Source: an uncultured Candidatus Saccharibacteria bacterium (lineage in GTDB: Bacteria; Patescibacteriota; Doudnabacteria; UBA920). Taken from it: a DNA stretch of 64,000 nt. This document shows, in pieces, positions 35,814 through 46,450 of this stretch (position 1 is its first letter; every line of letters begins with the position of its first letter). The notes under the pieces are model-generated. The model saw only the letters and a list, made by a program, of their open reading frames with translations, was not told the DNA's origin and did not search any database. The stretch is taken from NCBI GenBank assembly GCA_964612745.1, contig CAZTCH010000001.1, positions 6,074 to 70,073 on the forward strand, written 5' to 3'. The translations under genes were made by a program, and so were the position numbers.

Positions 35814-36764
35814 ATGGGAGAACGAGCACAACATTTTGAAGCTAGGAATAACACACCAGAAAGTCAGAAATCTACACGTCGAGAGTTTTTAAAACTGTCT
35901 GGCGAAGCTGCGATTGCTGGGCTTGCTGCTAAAACATTGTTTTTCGGTGGGAGTAAGGTAGAGGGCGCGGTGGCGCAAGAGAGGGGTAGGGTACGACAGC
36001 GACCAGACGAGCAAGAAACACATACTGCCCAGTCTCGTGAAATACAGCAAGGACCAGAGCGAAAATTTAGACCAGTGCATTTTCCAGCAGAAGTCCGTGG
36101 GGTGTCGAGAGAGGCAGATGGGGCACTGACTGCTGAGTTACAGACACTATTGCAGATGGAGCTCTTCCGACTACGGCGTGAGCTTAAACAAGATCTCTCA
36201 CCATGTATTCTTACTGTTGGTGAATTGGTAACGAAAGAGAGTCAGTCGCGTCTTGGTACGGGTCTGGCAAACGAAGCAGATAGGCAAATAGCGCAAGCAC
36301 CTGTCAACGTTCCTTCGCTAGGGAATGGTAGGATAGCGCAGGCGGCAGGGCAGGCTTTGGACTCGATGCTTCGTTGGGGTAGAAGAAAAGCAGAAGCTAA
36401 AACTAGAGAAAAACTTGCACCGGTAGAAGGGCGGGCCGAGTTGTCATTTACTATGCACGCAGGGACAGAAACCCAGACAGGGCGTGTTACTTTGAAGTAC
36501 GAAAAAGTAGAAGGAAAAGTGGTGCCGAAAAATATTGTTTTGGGTTCTGGTGTAGAACTTCCTGTGCACAACGCTACACAAATTTCTGGGCAAAACATAG
36601 CAGAGATGAAGTCGTTTGTTGCACACGAGCTACTAGAGGCTGCGTTTAGTGTGGCAGGACCAGATGCAGAACAGTTTCCTGTAGCAACAATGGTGCGACG
36701 ATATGTGAAAGAGGCGAGTGTAGAGACCGGCGGACAGAGTAAGACGGTACGACCGAAAAGGTAG
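35814..36764 (+). CDS. Hypothetical protein with twin-arginine-like N-terminal motif
   Basis: STRREFLK followed by a hydrophobic segment. Confidence 0.6.
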   Translation: MGERAQHFEARNNTPESQKSTRREFLKLSGEAAIAGLAAKTLFFGGSKVEGAVAQERGRVRQRPDEQETHTAQSREIQQGPERKFRPVHFPAEVRGVSREADGALTAELQTLLQMELFRLRRELKQDLSPCILTVGELVTKESQSRLGTGLANEADRQIAQAPVNVPSLGNGRIAQAAGQALDSMLRWGRRKAEAKTREKLAPVEGRAELSFTMHAGTETQTGRVTLKYEKVEGKVVPKNIVLGSGVELPVHNATQISGQNIAEMKSFVAHELLEAAFSVAGPDAEQFPVATMVRRYVKEASVETGGQSKTVRPKR

Positions 36765-36790
36765 AAAAGTAATTAGTCACTAGTCAAGTC

Positions 36791-36829
36791 AAAAGGGTAA
36801 CCCTTGCGCTGCGCAAAGGTTACCCTTTT
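36791..36829. repeat. AGGGTAACCCT palindromic doublet, copy 2
   Basis: aaaagggtaaccctt-gcgctgcgc-aaaggttaccctttt. Confidence 0.65.
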
Positions 36830-37149
36830 GTCTGGTGCTTCTATTTTAGATTTGGAATTACGGATTATGCATTGCGTATTACGTATTTCAGATTTTGGAT
36901 TTCGTATTTTGAAAAGCTAACAGCTAGAAAGCTTGAAAGCTAAAAAGCTCTGTCTACTCTCTACTCTCTACTCTCTATTCTCTACCCTCTGTCCTCTCTA
37001 CCTGTGTGTGGATAAACCGTCTGGTCCGAAATTTGCCCCATGGTATAGTAATGGTAGGTGCGGCGACAGAGTGAGTCGTGCTGTATAACAAAACTTTTTA
37101 AACAAACAAACCAAAAAGCATACGCGTGGTTTGTTTTATTTTTTTATAT

Positions 37150-38310
37150 ATGGATCAAGACCAATTACAAACGCTGATTTCTGAGGCGGAACGGCAAGGT
37201 GGAGGCTTGGTGCTTCGCGTAGGCGAAGCACCCCAAGCAGTAGTGTTGAGTGTCGCAGCGTATTCTGAATTGCTCTCTGGGAGAACTGGGCTTGTGCCAG
37301 AGTTAGAGCCGCAAGACGGAGTAGTGACTGAATCACGGGTGACGCCTGCAAAAACTATTTTAGTAGTGGGTGGTGCGGGGTATATTGGAAGTGTACTTGT
37401 GCGAGAACTATTGGCTGCTGGGGTGCGTGTGGTTGTGTTAGACAATCTTTCTTCGGGAGCGCGTGAGCAGGTGCCTGCAGGTGTGGTGTTTATTGTGGGA
37501 GACTTTGGTGATGCGGCGCTCTTGCGAGATGTATTTGCAGAATATACAGTGAGCGCAGTGGTGCATGTTGCAAGCGTTCATGGCGATGCGGAGAATGCAG
37601 TGGTAGCTCAGGAGCTGCTGCGGAATTCTACGCAGGCACTCTACACGCTTACTACCATCATGGCTGAAAACAGTATTACAGATTTAGTTTTTACATCCGA
37701 TGCGCTTCTTACCTTGCTTGGCCAGTTACAACCGGTAGTGAGCAACACACACGCCACACTACAACCACGTACCGAGACAGCATTGCTCGCAGAGTCTGTG
37801 CTTCGCTATGCAAGTAATTTTTTAGGGTTGCGAACAGTTGTGATGCGTCTTGGTACTGTTGCAGGGGCCATGCCCGAAAGTGGTGTGTACGGAACTTTTC
37901 ACCGACATGGATTTTTAGCTCAGGTGTTGCGGGTTGCCCGCGGGGTTGGTTCGTCTGTAGTAATTCCTGGGGGTGACTGGAATACTAACGATGGTACATA
38001 TGTTCGTGACTATGTGTTTGTGGGAGATGTTGCAAAAGCTGTAGCCGCAGTGGTGCATGCGCCATTTCACGCAGGCATGCAAGTGTACGCGTTTGGGAGT
38101 GGCAAGGGAGTAAGTATTCGCGAACTTATTCAAGCGGCAGCAGAGTCGACAAGTCGAATGATTCCAATGGAACTTGGGCCACGAAATGAACAAGATGTTG
38201 AAAGGATTGTAGTGGATGCAAGCGAGTTTATGAAAACATATGAATTTGCTTGTACCCCAAAGAGTATTCACGAACTTATTGCATCTGAATGGGTCGCTCC
38301 CACGGTGTAG
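37150..38310 (+). CDS. GalE-like NAD-dependent epimerase fold with Phd/YefM-like N-terminal domain; catalytic YxxxK absent
   Basis: GGAGYIGS, LDNLSSG, DGTYVRDYVFVGDVA; N-terminal ...PQAVVLSVAAYSELL. Confidence 0.75.
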   Translation: MDQDQLQTLISEAERQGGGLVLRVGEAPQAVVLSVAAYSELLSGRTGLVPELEPQDGVVTESRVTPAKTILVVGGAGYIGSVLVRELLAAGVRVVVLDNLSSGAREQVPAGVVFIVGDFGDAALLRDVFAEYTVSAVVHVASVHGDAENAVVAQELLRNSTQALYTLTTIMAENSITDLVFTSDALLTLLGQLQPVVSNTHATLQPRTETALLAESVLRYASNFLGLRTVVMRLGTVAGAMPESGVYGTFHRHGFLAQVLRVARGVGSSVVIPGGDWNTNDGTYVRDYVFVGDVAKAVAAVVHAPFHAGMQVYAFGSGKGVSIRELIQAAAESTSRMIPMELGPRNEQDVERIVVDASEFMKTYEFACTPKSIHELIASEWVAPTV

Positions 38311-38361
38311 CTTTTTTCTTAGGGAATATGCTACCATGTAGGTATATTATTGATATTTTTT

Positions 38362-39081
38362 ATGCAAAAGCTTTCTGTGGTAATCCCTTCGTATAGCGAA
38401 GCGGCTCGTATTACTCCAACAATAAAAGAGACAGACGCCTTTTTGTCTGCGCAAGGATATGACTATGAAATTTTAGTCGTCATCGATGGTGCGAAAGACA
38501 ACACTGCGGCAGTGGTGACTGAACTACAAGCGTCTGTACCGAAACTTCGTGTGATTAACAACCCAGAAAATCATGGGAAAGGGTATGTCGTGCGCCAAGG
38601 GATGTTGGAAGCAACTGGCGATATCCGGTTGTTTATGGACGCGGATAACTCCACAAAGGTAGTGCATATTGCAGAGTTTTTGCCATTCTTCGAACAGGGG
38701 AGTGATATTGTTGTTGGTTCACGTCGTATTGCCGGTGCAAATATAGCAGTCCACCAAGGTTTGTTGCGAGATTTCCTCGGCGGTGTGTTTCGGTTTATTG
38801 TCCACACAATTGTGCCACTTGGGGTGACCGATTCGCAGTGTGGGTTTAAAGCGTTTACCGCTGCAGCTGCAGAAAAAGTATTTCCGAAACAAACTATTGA
38901 CCGTTGGGCATTTGACGTAGAAATTTTGGCTATTGCTCGAAAGATGAAGCTGACTATTCACGAAGCTCCAGTGGTGTGGGTCAACGACGGTGCGAGCACC
39001 GTGCGTTTCTCTGGCATGGTTCACATGCTGCTTGAAATCTTGGAAGTCCGCTGGAATTTGTGGACGGGGAAGTACAGATAG
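38362..39081 (+). CDS. GT2 glycosyltransferase, dolichyl-phosphate beta-glucosyltransferase-like
   Basis: NHGKGYVVRQG, FMDADNS, DSQCGFK, WAFDVEIL. Confidence 0.9.
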   Translation: MQKLSVVIPSYSEAARITPTIKETDAFLSAQGYDYEILVVIDGAKDNTAAVVTELQASVPKLRVINNPENHGKGYVVRQGMLEATGDIRLFMDADNSTKVVHIAEFLPFFEQGSDIVVGSRRIAGANIAVHQGLLRDFLGGVFRFIVHTIVPLGVTDSQCGFKAFTAAAAEKVFPKQTIDRWAFDVEILAIARKMKLTIHEAPVVWVNDGASTVRFSGMVHMLLEILEVRWNLWTGKYR

Positions 39082-39235
39082 GCGCAGACGAAAATCCGAA
39101 ATCCCAAACTCGAAATCCCAAAATACAAACAAATCTCAAACTCCAATTTTCAATTTTAGTTGGTCTTGGTTTTTGGGATTTAATTATTTGAAAATTGTTT
39201 GTATTTTGGTGCTTGTTTTTTGATATTTATTCAGT

Positions 39236-40849
39236 ATGTATAAGAAAATAATTAGTGGTATTTTTGTACTTGTTTCGGCGTTGATTACAGCACAGCCTGC
39301 TACTGCTGCTGGTTTTTCTGTTGCGCTCGATGCGACTGATCCGGGGTTTACGAGTAATCCACAAAACGTAGATAAGCAGTGGGCGCTGTCCAAAACGCGA
39401 TTTATTGATGCGTGGAACAAGACCACAGGGAGCAAGCTCGTAAAAGTAGCACTCATAGATACTGGTGTAGACCAAACCCACGAAGATTTGCGTGAGGTGT
39501 CGTTTCTGAGCGGTTATGACTTTGTGAAAAACCGACCAATCGAAGTAGGGAGTGATTCGGATGACAACGGCCATGGGACACTGATTGCTGGTGTGCTTGC
39601 TGCGACTCCCAATAACGGGTTGGGCATTGCAGGGACAAACTGGAAGCTGACTCTGTTGCCTGTAAAAGCGCTCGACGCCACTGGGGATGGAAGCTCAGAA
39701 CAAATTGCAAAAGCAATCCGTTGGGCGACTGATCAAGGCGCAGATATTATTAACTTAAGCCTTGGGGGTGTAGGCTTTGGGCAAGATACTGACTTGGCGG
39801 ACGCAGTCACCTACGCTTTTAAACGGAATGTTGTTTTAGTTGCCGCTGCCGGTAACGACGCAGCAGCAGTAGGGAAAGATTTAGATGTAGAGCCTGTATT
39901 CCCCATTTGTGATGATAACGGTGAAAACATGGTTATTGGGGTTACTGCGGTAGACGTGGATGACACAAAGCCTGGGTTTGCTAACTATGGCAAGTCTTGT
40001 GTGGATGTTGCGGCACCGGGGAAACGGATTCTTTCGACAATCGGTCGCGACCCAATTACAGGGATTATCTCACCAAGCTCGTATGCATATGCTTCAGGGA
40101 CTTCGCTTGCAACACCTTTTGTGAGTGGGCATGCAGCGCTTTTGCGTGCGGTGTACCCCGACGCTACCAACAGACAAATTCGTGATCGCATTATTGCGTC
40201 CACCGATCCGATAGATATGAAAAATACTACCCAGTGCAACGGATCATGTGCTGGTAAACTTGGTTCGGGCAGGATTAATGTGGTCGCAAGTTTTGCTGGT
40301 CCAATTGTACCCGAAGCTTTGGTAGAAGGAGACGTGGTACGAGTGAACGAGACTGGTGTGCTCTATGTGATAAGTGGTGGAAAGCGGTTGCCTCTGAGCG
40401 CGTTTGTGCATCAGCAAAAGTATAAAGGTGTTGTGCCGCGAAAAGTGAACTTGTCTTTGGTGCAAGCATTTCCCGAAGGGCAATTTGCTCCACCAGCAGA
40501 CGGAGCGTTACTTAAGAAAGCCAACGAGCCTACTGTCTATATGGTATCGAATGGTCTGAAAATGCCAATTTTGTATTCTGTGTTTGTGGCGCATGGGTTT
40601 CGGTTCGACCGAGTGTCTACCGTGCCGGAAGCGGAAGTGGATTCGTTGTTAACCGGTAAGTTACTCGCACCACCGGATGGGACACTGGTTCGCAGTCGGA
40701 CTGGACGTACAGTGTATTGGGTTGTTGGTGGTTCGCTTCACCCAATTACAGCTTCCTTTTATAGATCGCGTGGATTGAGTATTTTCCCTTTGTCGTACTT
40801 TAGTGAGCTCGATGTCCGTGGGTTTCCGAAAGGGGAGCCGTACTTGTAA
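39236..40849 (+). CDS. Secreted S8 (subtilisin) serine peptidase with C-terminal repeats
   Basis: IDTG (Asp), GHGT (His), AAAGN, SGTSLATP (Ser). Confidence 0.93.
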   Translation: MYKKIISGIFVLVSALITAQPATAAGFSVALDATDPGFTSNPQNVDKQWALSKTRFIDAWNKTTGSKLVKVALIDTGVDQTHEDLREVSFLSGYDFVKNRPIEVGSDSDDNGHGTLIAGVLAATPNNGLGIAGTNWKLTLLPVKALDATGDGSSEQIAKAIRWATDQGADIINLSLGGVGFGQDTDLADAVTYAFKRNVVLVAAAGNDAAAVGKDLDVEPVFPICDDNGENMVIGVTAVDVDDTKPGFANYGKSCVDVAAPGKRILSTIGRDPITGIISPSSYAYASGTSLATPFVSGHAALLRAVYPDATNRQIRDRIIASTDPIDMKNTTQCNGSCAGKLGSGRINVVASFAGPIVPEALVEGDVVRVNETGVLYVISGGKRLPLSAFVHQQKYKGVVPRKVNLSLVQAFPEGQFAPPADGALLKKANEPTVYMVSNGLKMPILYSVFVAHGFRFDRVSTVPEAEVDSLLTGKLLAPPDGTLVRSRTGRTVYWVVGGSLHPITASFYRSRGLSIFPLSYFSELDVRGFPKGEPYL

Positions 40850-40942
40850 TATTTTTCTGCTTAACCATGGCTAATGTGGTTTCGTATGGCCTACTTTTGC
40901 CAATCTCCTTGTATACTATGTATACAGGGAGATTTTTGTTCT

Positions 40943-42814
40943 ATGAAGAAACTTATTCAAACGAAACGAGGGGTAACAGTAGTAGTGCTCGCGGTGGTGT
41001 TGTCGCTGTTTGCGCCAGCCCAGCAGATTTCGGCACAGGCATTTGACCCGAGCTTTGACCCCAATACGCTTATTGCAGACAGTGTGTTTTCTGACACCGA
41101 GACATTTGGTGGGGCAGCAGGTGTCCAGAAATTTTTAGAGAGTAAAAATAGTGTGTTGGCGAATACATCGCCTGAGTTTTTGGTAAAACTAAAAGAGCCA
41201 CAATCAGTTACCGTGAAAAGCGGACTGAACGATCCACAGCCAAGTTTGCCGCGTTTGCGTTCTGCGGCAGAACTTATTTGGGACGCTGCCAAACAAAGTG
41301 GAATTAACCCACAAGTGCTTTTGGTAACATTGCAAAAAGAGCAAGGGTTAATTACTGCAAGGCAAAATGATCCACCAGAGAGATTGCAACGCGCCTTAGA
41401 TTTTTCTATGGGATTTGGGTGTCCTGATTCCACGGGGTGTGGGCCACTTTTCTCAGGTTTTTATTTCCAGTTGTTTGGTAATTTTGATGCAGCCAATAAC
41501 CGCTACTTAGGTGCAGCACGCAGCCTTATGGCGTGGTTCAACGTGCCAGAAGGACGTGGGCCGAACATAAATGGCAAGACTACTCGCGTGGGTGAAGTCA
41601 TAGAGCTACAAAATACACTTGGTGGTTTTGATGGCGTCATGGAGCGGCAAACAGTGATGTTGCAAAATCGAGCAACAGCAGCGTTGTATCGGTATACGCC
41701 CCATGTGTTTAACGGTAACTATAATTTCCAAAAATATTTTACGTCTTGGTTTAAGTACCCAAACGGGACGCTTATGAAGCTGTCTGGGGACTCAACCACG
41801 TATATTATCCAGAATGGTAGCAGGCTGACATTACCTTCGTTTGTGGCAGCTGCTCGGGGCCTAGACTTAAACAAAGTAATTACCGTGTCTCCGACAGAGG
41901 TGGCGAGTTATCCATTAAGCGGGTTGCTCGGTCCAGCTGATAACACGGTGGTTATAGTGCCAGGGTCAAACCAAAAGTTTGTGTTTTTGGATAACGTGAA
42001 ACGACCAGCATCTGACTTTGTTATTACCCAGCGGAAATTAAACCCTGCTGCAGCGCTGGTTATGACACCAGCAGACGATGCGTTGTTTACCGCAGGTCCT
42101 ATGCTCACGCCAACCGACGGTACGGTGGTACGTGGCAGCACAAAACCGGAAGTGTATCTAGTCGCCGCTGGCAAGCTCCAGCTGTATAGCGCGTTCACGT
42201 TTGCACAATATGGCGTTGCAAAACAAGTATCCCTTGTGCCAGATGCAGAACTAGAGTTGTACCCAAAAAATGGATTTGTTCCACCGAAAGATGGAACAAT
42301 ATTTAAAGCAGCCAATAGCCAAGCTGTATACGAAATGTTCCAAGGGTCAAAACATCCGTTTACAGCAGCCGTGTTCAAGAACAGGGGTGTGACGCCGAAG
42401 GGTGTAGCAGTACTGTCTGCTGATGAAGTTGCAAGTTTCCCGACTGATGGTTTTGCGAGACCAAAAGATAAGACATTCTTTACTATTGCGGGGAGCGCGC
42501 AGTTGTACTATTACCGTGAAGGGGCAAAGCGAACTATTTCCGCATTTGTCGCAAAGCAGCAAAAAATTACATCTGACTATACCTTTAGCGCGGATGAAGC
42601 AAACACATGGTCCGACGGCACACCTGTCCCTCCTCGAAACAATACTATTGTGAAAGGTGACGGGGATGCTACCGTGTACATTGTGTTAACAGGGCAGCTC
42701 CGCCCACTGACCTATCCTGCTTACCAAGCACGAAAAATTACTCCGAAGAAGATTTCGGTACTGCCACAAGCAGAGGTGGATGCATATGCGAAAGGCGACG
42801 TAGTTAGTAAGTAG
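40943..42814 (+). CDS. Secreted protein: lysozyme-like N-terminal domain plus about 6 surface repeats
   Basis: INPQVLLVTLQKEQGL, NRATAALYRYTPH; repeats of P-x-(D/N)-G-T-x-x-K...VY. Confidence 0.65.
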   Translation: MKKLIQTKRGVTVVVLAVVLSLFAPAQQISAQAFDPSFDPNTLIADSVFSDTETFGGAAGVQKFLESKNSVLANTSPEFLVKLKEPQSVTVKSGLNDPQPSLPRLRSAAELIWDAAKQSGINPQVLLVTLQKEQGLITARQNDPPERLQRALDFSMGFGCPDSTGCGPLFSGFYFQLFGNFDAANNRYLGAARSLMAWFNVPEGRGPNINGKTTRVGEVIELQNTLGGFDGVMERQTVMLQNRATAALYRYTPHVFNGNYNFQKYFTSWFKYPNGTLMKLSGDSTTYIIQNGSRLTLPSFVAAARGLDLNKVITVSPTEVASYPLSGLLGPADNTVVIVPGSNQKFVFLDNVKRPASDFVITQRKLNPAAALVMTPADDALFTAGPMLTPTDGTVVRGSTKPEVYLVAAGKLQLYSAFTFAQYGVAKQVSLVPDAELELYPKNGFVPPKDGTIFKAANSQAVYEMFQGSKHPFTAAVFKNRGVTPKGVAVLSADEVASFPTDGFARPKDKTFFTIAGSAQLYYYREGAKRTISAFVAKQQKITSDYTFSADEANTWSDGTPVPPRNNTIVKGDGDATVYIVLTGQLRPLTYPAYQARKITPKKISVLPQAEVDAYAKGDVVSK

Positions 42815-42945
42815 CCGCTAGGAAGCGAGAAGAAATAGAAGAGTTAGAAGAATAAGAAGAAATAGAAAATAGGAATTAGGGGGTAGGAAGATAGTAAGTC
42901 GAAAGTCGTCACGTCGTAATGTCTTCACGCCAGAAAAACGGTAGA

Positions 42946-43045
42946 GTTAGATGGGCACCATCTGACATGTAACTTTATATTTACTTATGTCGATGCGTCC
43001 TCAAACCGTATCTGTGGGCATAATGTCAGATGGTGCCCATCTAAC
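42946..43045. repeat. GATGGGCACCATCT element, copy 4 (long spacer)
   Basis: gttagatgggcaccatctgac ... gtcagatggtgcccatctaac, perfect 21-bp inverted arms. Confidence 0.85.
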
Positions 43046-43226
43046 GAAAAGCCATAGCATCTTCAAGCTAGATTAAGTGAAAGTCCAAACAAATACGAGT
43101 TTAACTAATAACTGTCTTAAAGCCCTAATGCCAGAAAAAAATACAACCGCTAGCGGTTGTATTTTTGTTTAGCTATACTTTTTCTTAGCACTTAGCACTT
43201 AGCACTTAGCACTTAGCCCTGCTTTC

Positions 43227-44588
43227 CTACTTGCTCGCTACATTCAAAGGGTTGCTGTTGAACACTTGAACTAATCGATGAATTTTGAGTACGTAGTTCA
43301 CTGTTTCGTTGCGTAGGATTGCTCTGTCGAGGCTATCCCGCTCTGCGGTGAGTGAGTTGAGAGTTGCTTGTTCTGCACTTAGAGTTTTTTGCACAGCTGC
43401 TTTCTGGGTTTTACCAGTTGTTTTCTTAAGCTTAGTTTTTAAGCTGTTTACAACGGTGTTTTGTAGTGCGATTTTTCCGTTGAGTGGGGAGAGTTTATCG
43501 CTGTTGTCTTCGTACCATGCGGTGCCAAATTGACGCGCGGCATTGGCAACTCTGGCTGGTCCACCGTTGTACGCGGCAACACCGTAGTCGAAAGCGTGGC
43601 CACTTAAGAAGTACTCGGGGGCTCTGTCTTGCACTGCTTTAATGTAGTCGTCGAGCAAGATAAACGTAGCTTTGACTGCGTTGGTGTGGTCGCGCATGCC
43701 AGTAACAAAATTTGGAATAAGCTGGGCGTCAGGGTGGCGTTTGACGAGTGACGCATATGTAGAAGGAATAAACTGGCTAATTCCTGCTGCGCCAGCGCTC
43801 GAGACACTGTATTTCCACGTTTCACCTTTGTTACTACCCAAGAGTATATTTACTTTTTTAATGAGCTGTTCTGTGTCGGTAGTGTTTAAAAACTCTGTCG
43901 TGTCCATATGCTCGGCGTACAAGAGGGCGCGGACCAACTCTGGTTTAATGGCTTCGGGGATGCTTTTTCCTGGGACACTGACGGAGTTTTTGTTTTGTAG
44001 CGCTGTGGTGGCTGCGGTAATTACACTAGAGAGGTACGTGTTGCCAGCTTGGCTGACCCCGTCGTCTAGGAGCTCTGGGGAATACGGTGTGTAGATACCG
44101 TCGTAGAGCGCATTTTCAATTGCAGCTTTGCTACCCGTTTCTACCGGCGAAATAAGGTACTTGAGCGCTACTACTTTGCCGTTGGCTGGGGTTTGCACTG
44201 AGAATCGTGTATTAACACCGTTGAATCGTATTTTTGTGATAGCGAAATTTTTGTCTGGGAACTCAAACGAAGTATCACGCTGGATTGCTGCGGTAATACG
44301 TATTTGATTTGTGGCAGGGTCAAGGATTGCCAAGGCAAGATCTTTTGCGTCTAGCTTGTACCCAGAAAGTACTTTGGTAGTCGTTTTTTTCTTCTTTACC
44401 GTTTTTGTTACTGTTTTGTACTGTGGCGAAATAGAGTAATTGAGCTTGACTGGCTCAAGCAATTTTCGTGCTTCGTCTATTTTTTGCACTAAATTGAGGT
44501 CGGGGGTATTGCTGGCTGTGTCTGCTGCTACGGTATTTTGACTGAGAGCAAAACTGACGAGAACGAGTGAAAGAAGGAGTTTTTTCAT
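43227..44588 (-). CDS. Secreted lytic transglycosylase (SLT)-like protein
   Basis: Signal peptide, AEH (catalytic Glu candidate), SSAGAAGISQFIPSTY, AAYNGGP, ETVNYV. Confidence 0.8.
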   Translation of the reverse strand: MKKLLLSLVLVSFALSQNTVAADTASNTPDLNLVQKIDEARKLLEPVKLNYSISPQYKTVTKTVKKKKTTTKVLSGYKLDAKDLALAILDPATNQIRITAAIQRDTSFEFPDKNFAITKIRFNGVNTRFSVQTPANGKVVALKYLISPVETGSKAAIENALYDGIYTPYSPELLDDGVSQAGNTYLSSVITAATTALQNKNSVSVPGKSIPEAIKPELVRALLYAEHMDTTEFLNTTDTEQLIKKVNILLGSNKGETWKYSVSSAGAAGISQFIPSTYASLVKRHPDAQLIPNFVTGMRDHTNAVKATFILLDDYIKAVQDRAPEYFLSGHAFDYGVAAYNGGPARVANAARQFGTAWYEDNSDKLSPLNGKIALQNTVVNSLKTKLKKTTGKTQKAAVQKTLSAEQATLNSLTAERDSLDRAILRNETVNYVLKIHRLVQVFNSNPLNVASK

Positions 44589-44669
44589 GCTTTTAGTATA
44601 TCACGTGAGCGTTCTTGAAAATTGAGTGTGGGCTTTCTGCTGCGGAGCGCTTCTGGTATGATTATGCAT

Positions 44670-46166
44670 ATGGCAACACCATCTAAAAATATTTTGTGGC
44701 TTTCGGTGTCTCGGGTGCTGGGTTTAGTTTTGCTCTTTTTTGCGTACACACAGTTATTTCGTTACTTAGGCCCGTTTGGTACAGGGCAGTACCAGTTTGT
44801 GCTTTCTTTGGTCACAATTTTTGGGGTGGTGATTGATTTGGGGATTTCGCAGTATGTGACCAAAAAAATTGCAGAAGAACCAAAAGAAGTATCGAAGCTA
44901 TTTCACACGTTCTTTGCTGCAGAAGTATTTTTGGCGGGTATTATTTATGCGCTCATGGTGGTGTTTGTGTTTTGGCGTGGGTACGAACCCGTGGTGCAGC
45001 AAGCGGTGATGGTGGCGGGGGTTGGGCTGTTTTGCTATGGGTTAACGACGCCATTCCTTTCGGTGCTTTCTGCGTTTCAGGATTTACGTCGAGTAGCCGC
45101 AATAAATTTGCTTGCTTCGGTAATTAATGCTGTCATAATTTTTTCTGCTATTCATTTCCAGCACTACATTGTGTTTTTGGCGTTGAACCAAGTGGTGTAC
45201 GGTGTAGTAGCTTTTTTCTTGTACCGGCATTTTGTAAAGGCGTATGTGCCACAGATGCACTTGTGGGCAGTACTGCAGCACGTGGACTGGAAGCTGCTCA
45301 AGAAGATTTTGGTTGCAGCATTACCGTTTGCACTCCTTGTGAGCTTTAGTACCGTGTACAATCGCATAGACATTGTAATCATTACGAAGTTGCTTGGATA
45401 CGCAGAGACGGGGTTGTATACAGCAGCGTACAAAGTGGTAGATTTGACCAACTTTTTCCCTGCGGTAGTGTCGCATGCGTTGTACCCAGTATTGGCAGCG
45501 CTCATGGCAAAGGGTGCGCTTTCGGAAGTGCGGGGAACTCTTGAAAAATACATGCGGTTTATGGTGGCTTTGGCGTTGCCCATGGCAATGCTGGGGAGTC
45601 TTTTGTCTAAGCCACTTATTTTGATTTTAACCAGCGGTGACGCGCGTTTTTTGCCCGCGGCACCAGTTTTGTCTATTTTGGTGTGGGCGATTGCTATTTT
45701 GTTTATATACGTAACTGCGAACTCTTTGGTAGTGTCGCAGTTAACGAAGTGGGCAGTGGTGGTCACGGGGGTAAATGTGGTCATAAATATTGTGGGCAAT
45801 GTAGTGCTCTTGCCGTGGATTGGCATTCGGGGAGCGGCAATCATGACGGTGGTGTCCGAAGGGCTGCAAGGTATATTTTATTTTTACTTTATTTGGAAAC
45901 ATATAACTCATTTTTCACTGGTGCAAGCATTTGCAAAGCCACTTGCAGCAACACTCTGCATGGGCGTGTTAGTCTTTGTGCTTCGTGACATGGTGGCGTT
46001 AGGGTTGCCAGATGCAGCTTCTGCAGCTCAGATGGCAGTACTTGTTGCAAAAGTTGCTGGTGTTGCTCTGCTTGGTTTGACTACGTATGTTGCGGTGCTG
46101 GCTGCAGGAAAGTTTTTTACCTCCGAAGATATTGCTTTCGTGAATCGCTTTTTGCGCCGCGCGTAA
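44670..46166 (+). CDS. Wzx-type polysaccharide flippase
   Basis: RYLGP..GQY, DLGI, YNRID, GLYTAAYK, GIRGAA; many TM. Confidence 0.9.
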   Translation: MATPSKNILWLSVSRVLGLVLLFFAYTQLFRYLGPFGTGQYQFVLSLVTIFGVVIDLGISQYVTKKIAEEPKEVSKLFHTFFAAEVFLAGIIYALMVVFVFWRGYEPVVQQAVMVAGVGLFCYGLTTPFLSVLSAFQDLRRVAAINLLASVINAVIIFSAIHFQHYIVFLALNQVVYGVVAFFLYRHFVKAYVPQMHLWAVLQHVDWKLLKKILVAALPFALLVSFSTVYNRIDIVIITKLLGYAETGLYTAAYKVVDLTNFFPAVVSHALYPVLAALMAKGALSEVRGTLEKYMRFMVALALPMAMLGSLLSKPLILILTSGDARFLPAAPVLSILVWAIAILFIYVTANSLVVSQLTKWAVVVTGVNVVINIVGNVVLLPWIGIRGAAIMTVVSEGLQGIFYFYFIWKHITHFSLVQAFAKPLAATLCMGVLVFVLRDMVALGLPDAASAAQMAVLVAKVAGVALLGLTTYVAVLAAGKFFTSEDIAFVNRFLRRA

Positions 46167-46450
46167 ATCTGTTGTGTCTGTGATACTGTCAATCTATTGG
46201 GTGGCTTCTCTTGGCTATTTGTCTGTATTCTTTATGTTACGCAATCCTATGAGTTTGCTGGCATGATTTTGAAAGCGATCTCATAACTTTCTTGTACCTA
46301 ATTTAGACGGCCGTCTCATTTAGGTACATTTTTTATACTATTATGCCTAGTGATTTGTTATTGGCGATGTATTGGTTGCAAGAAATCTAAAATTCTGGCA
46401 CTGTAAGCTCAAGTGTTTTCACTTGAGGCAAAACTCAGAAGGGGGGTACT

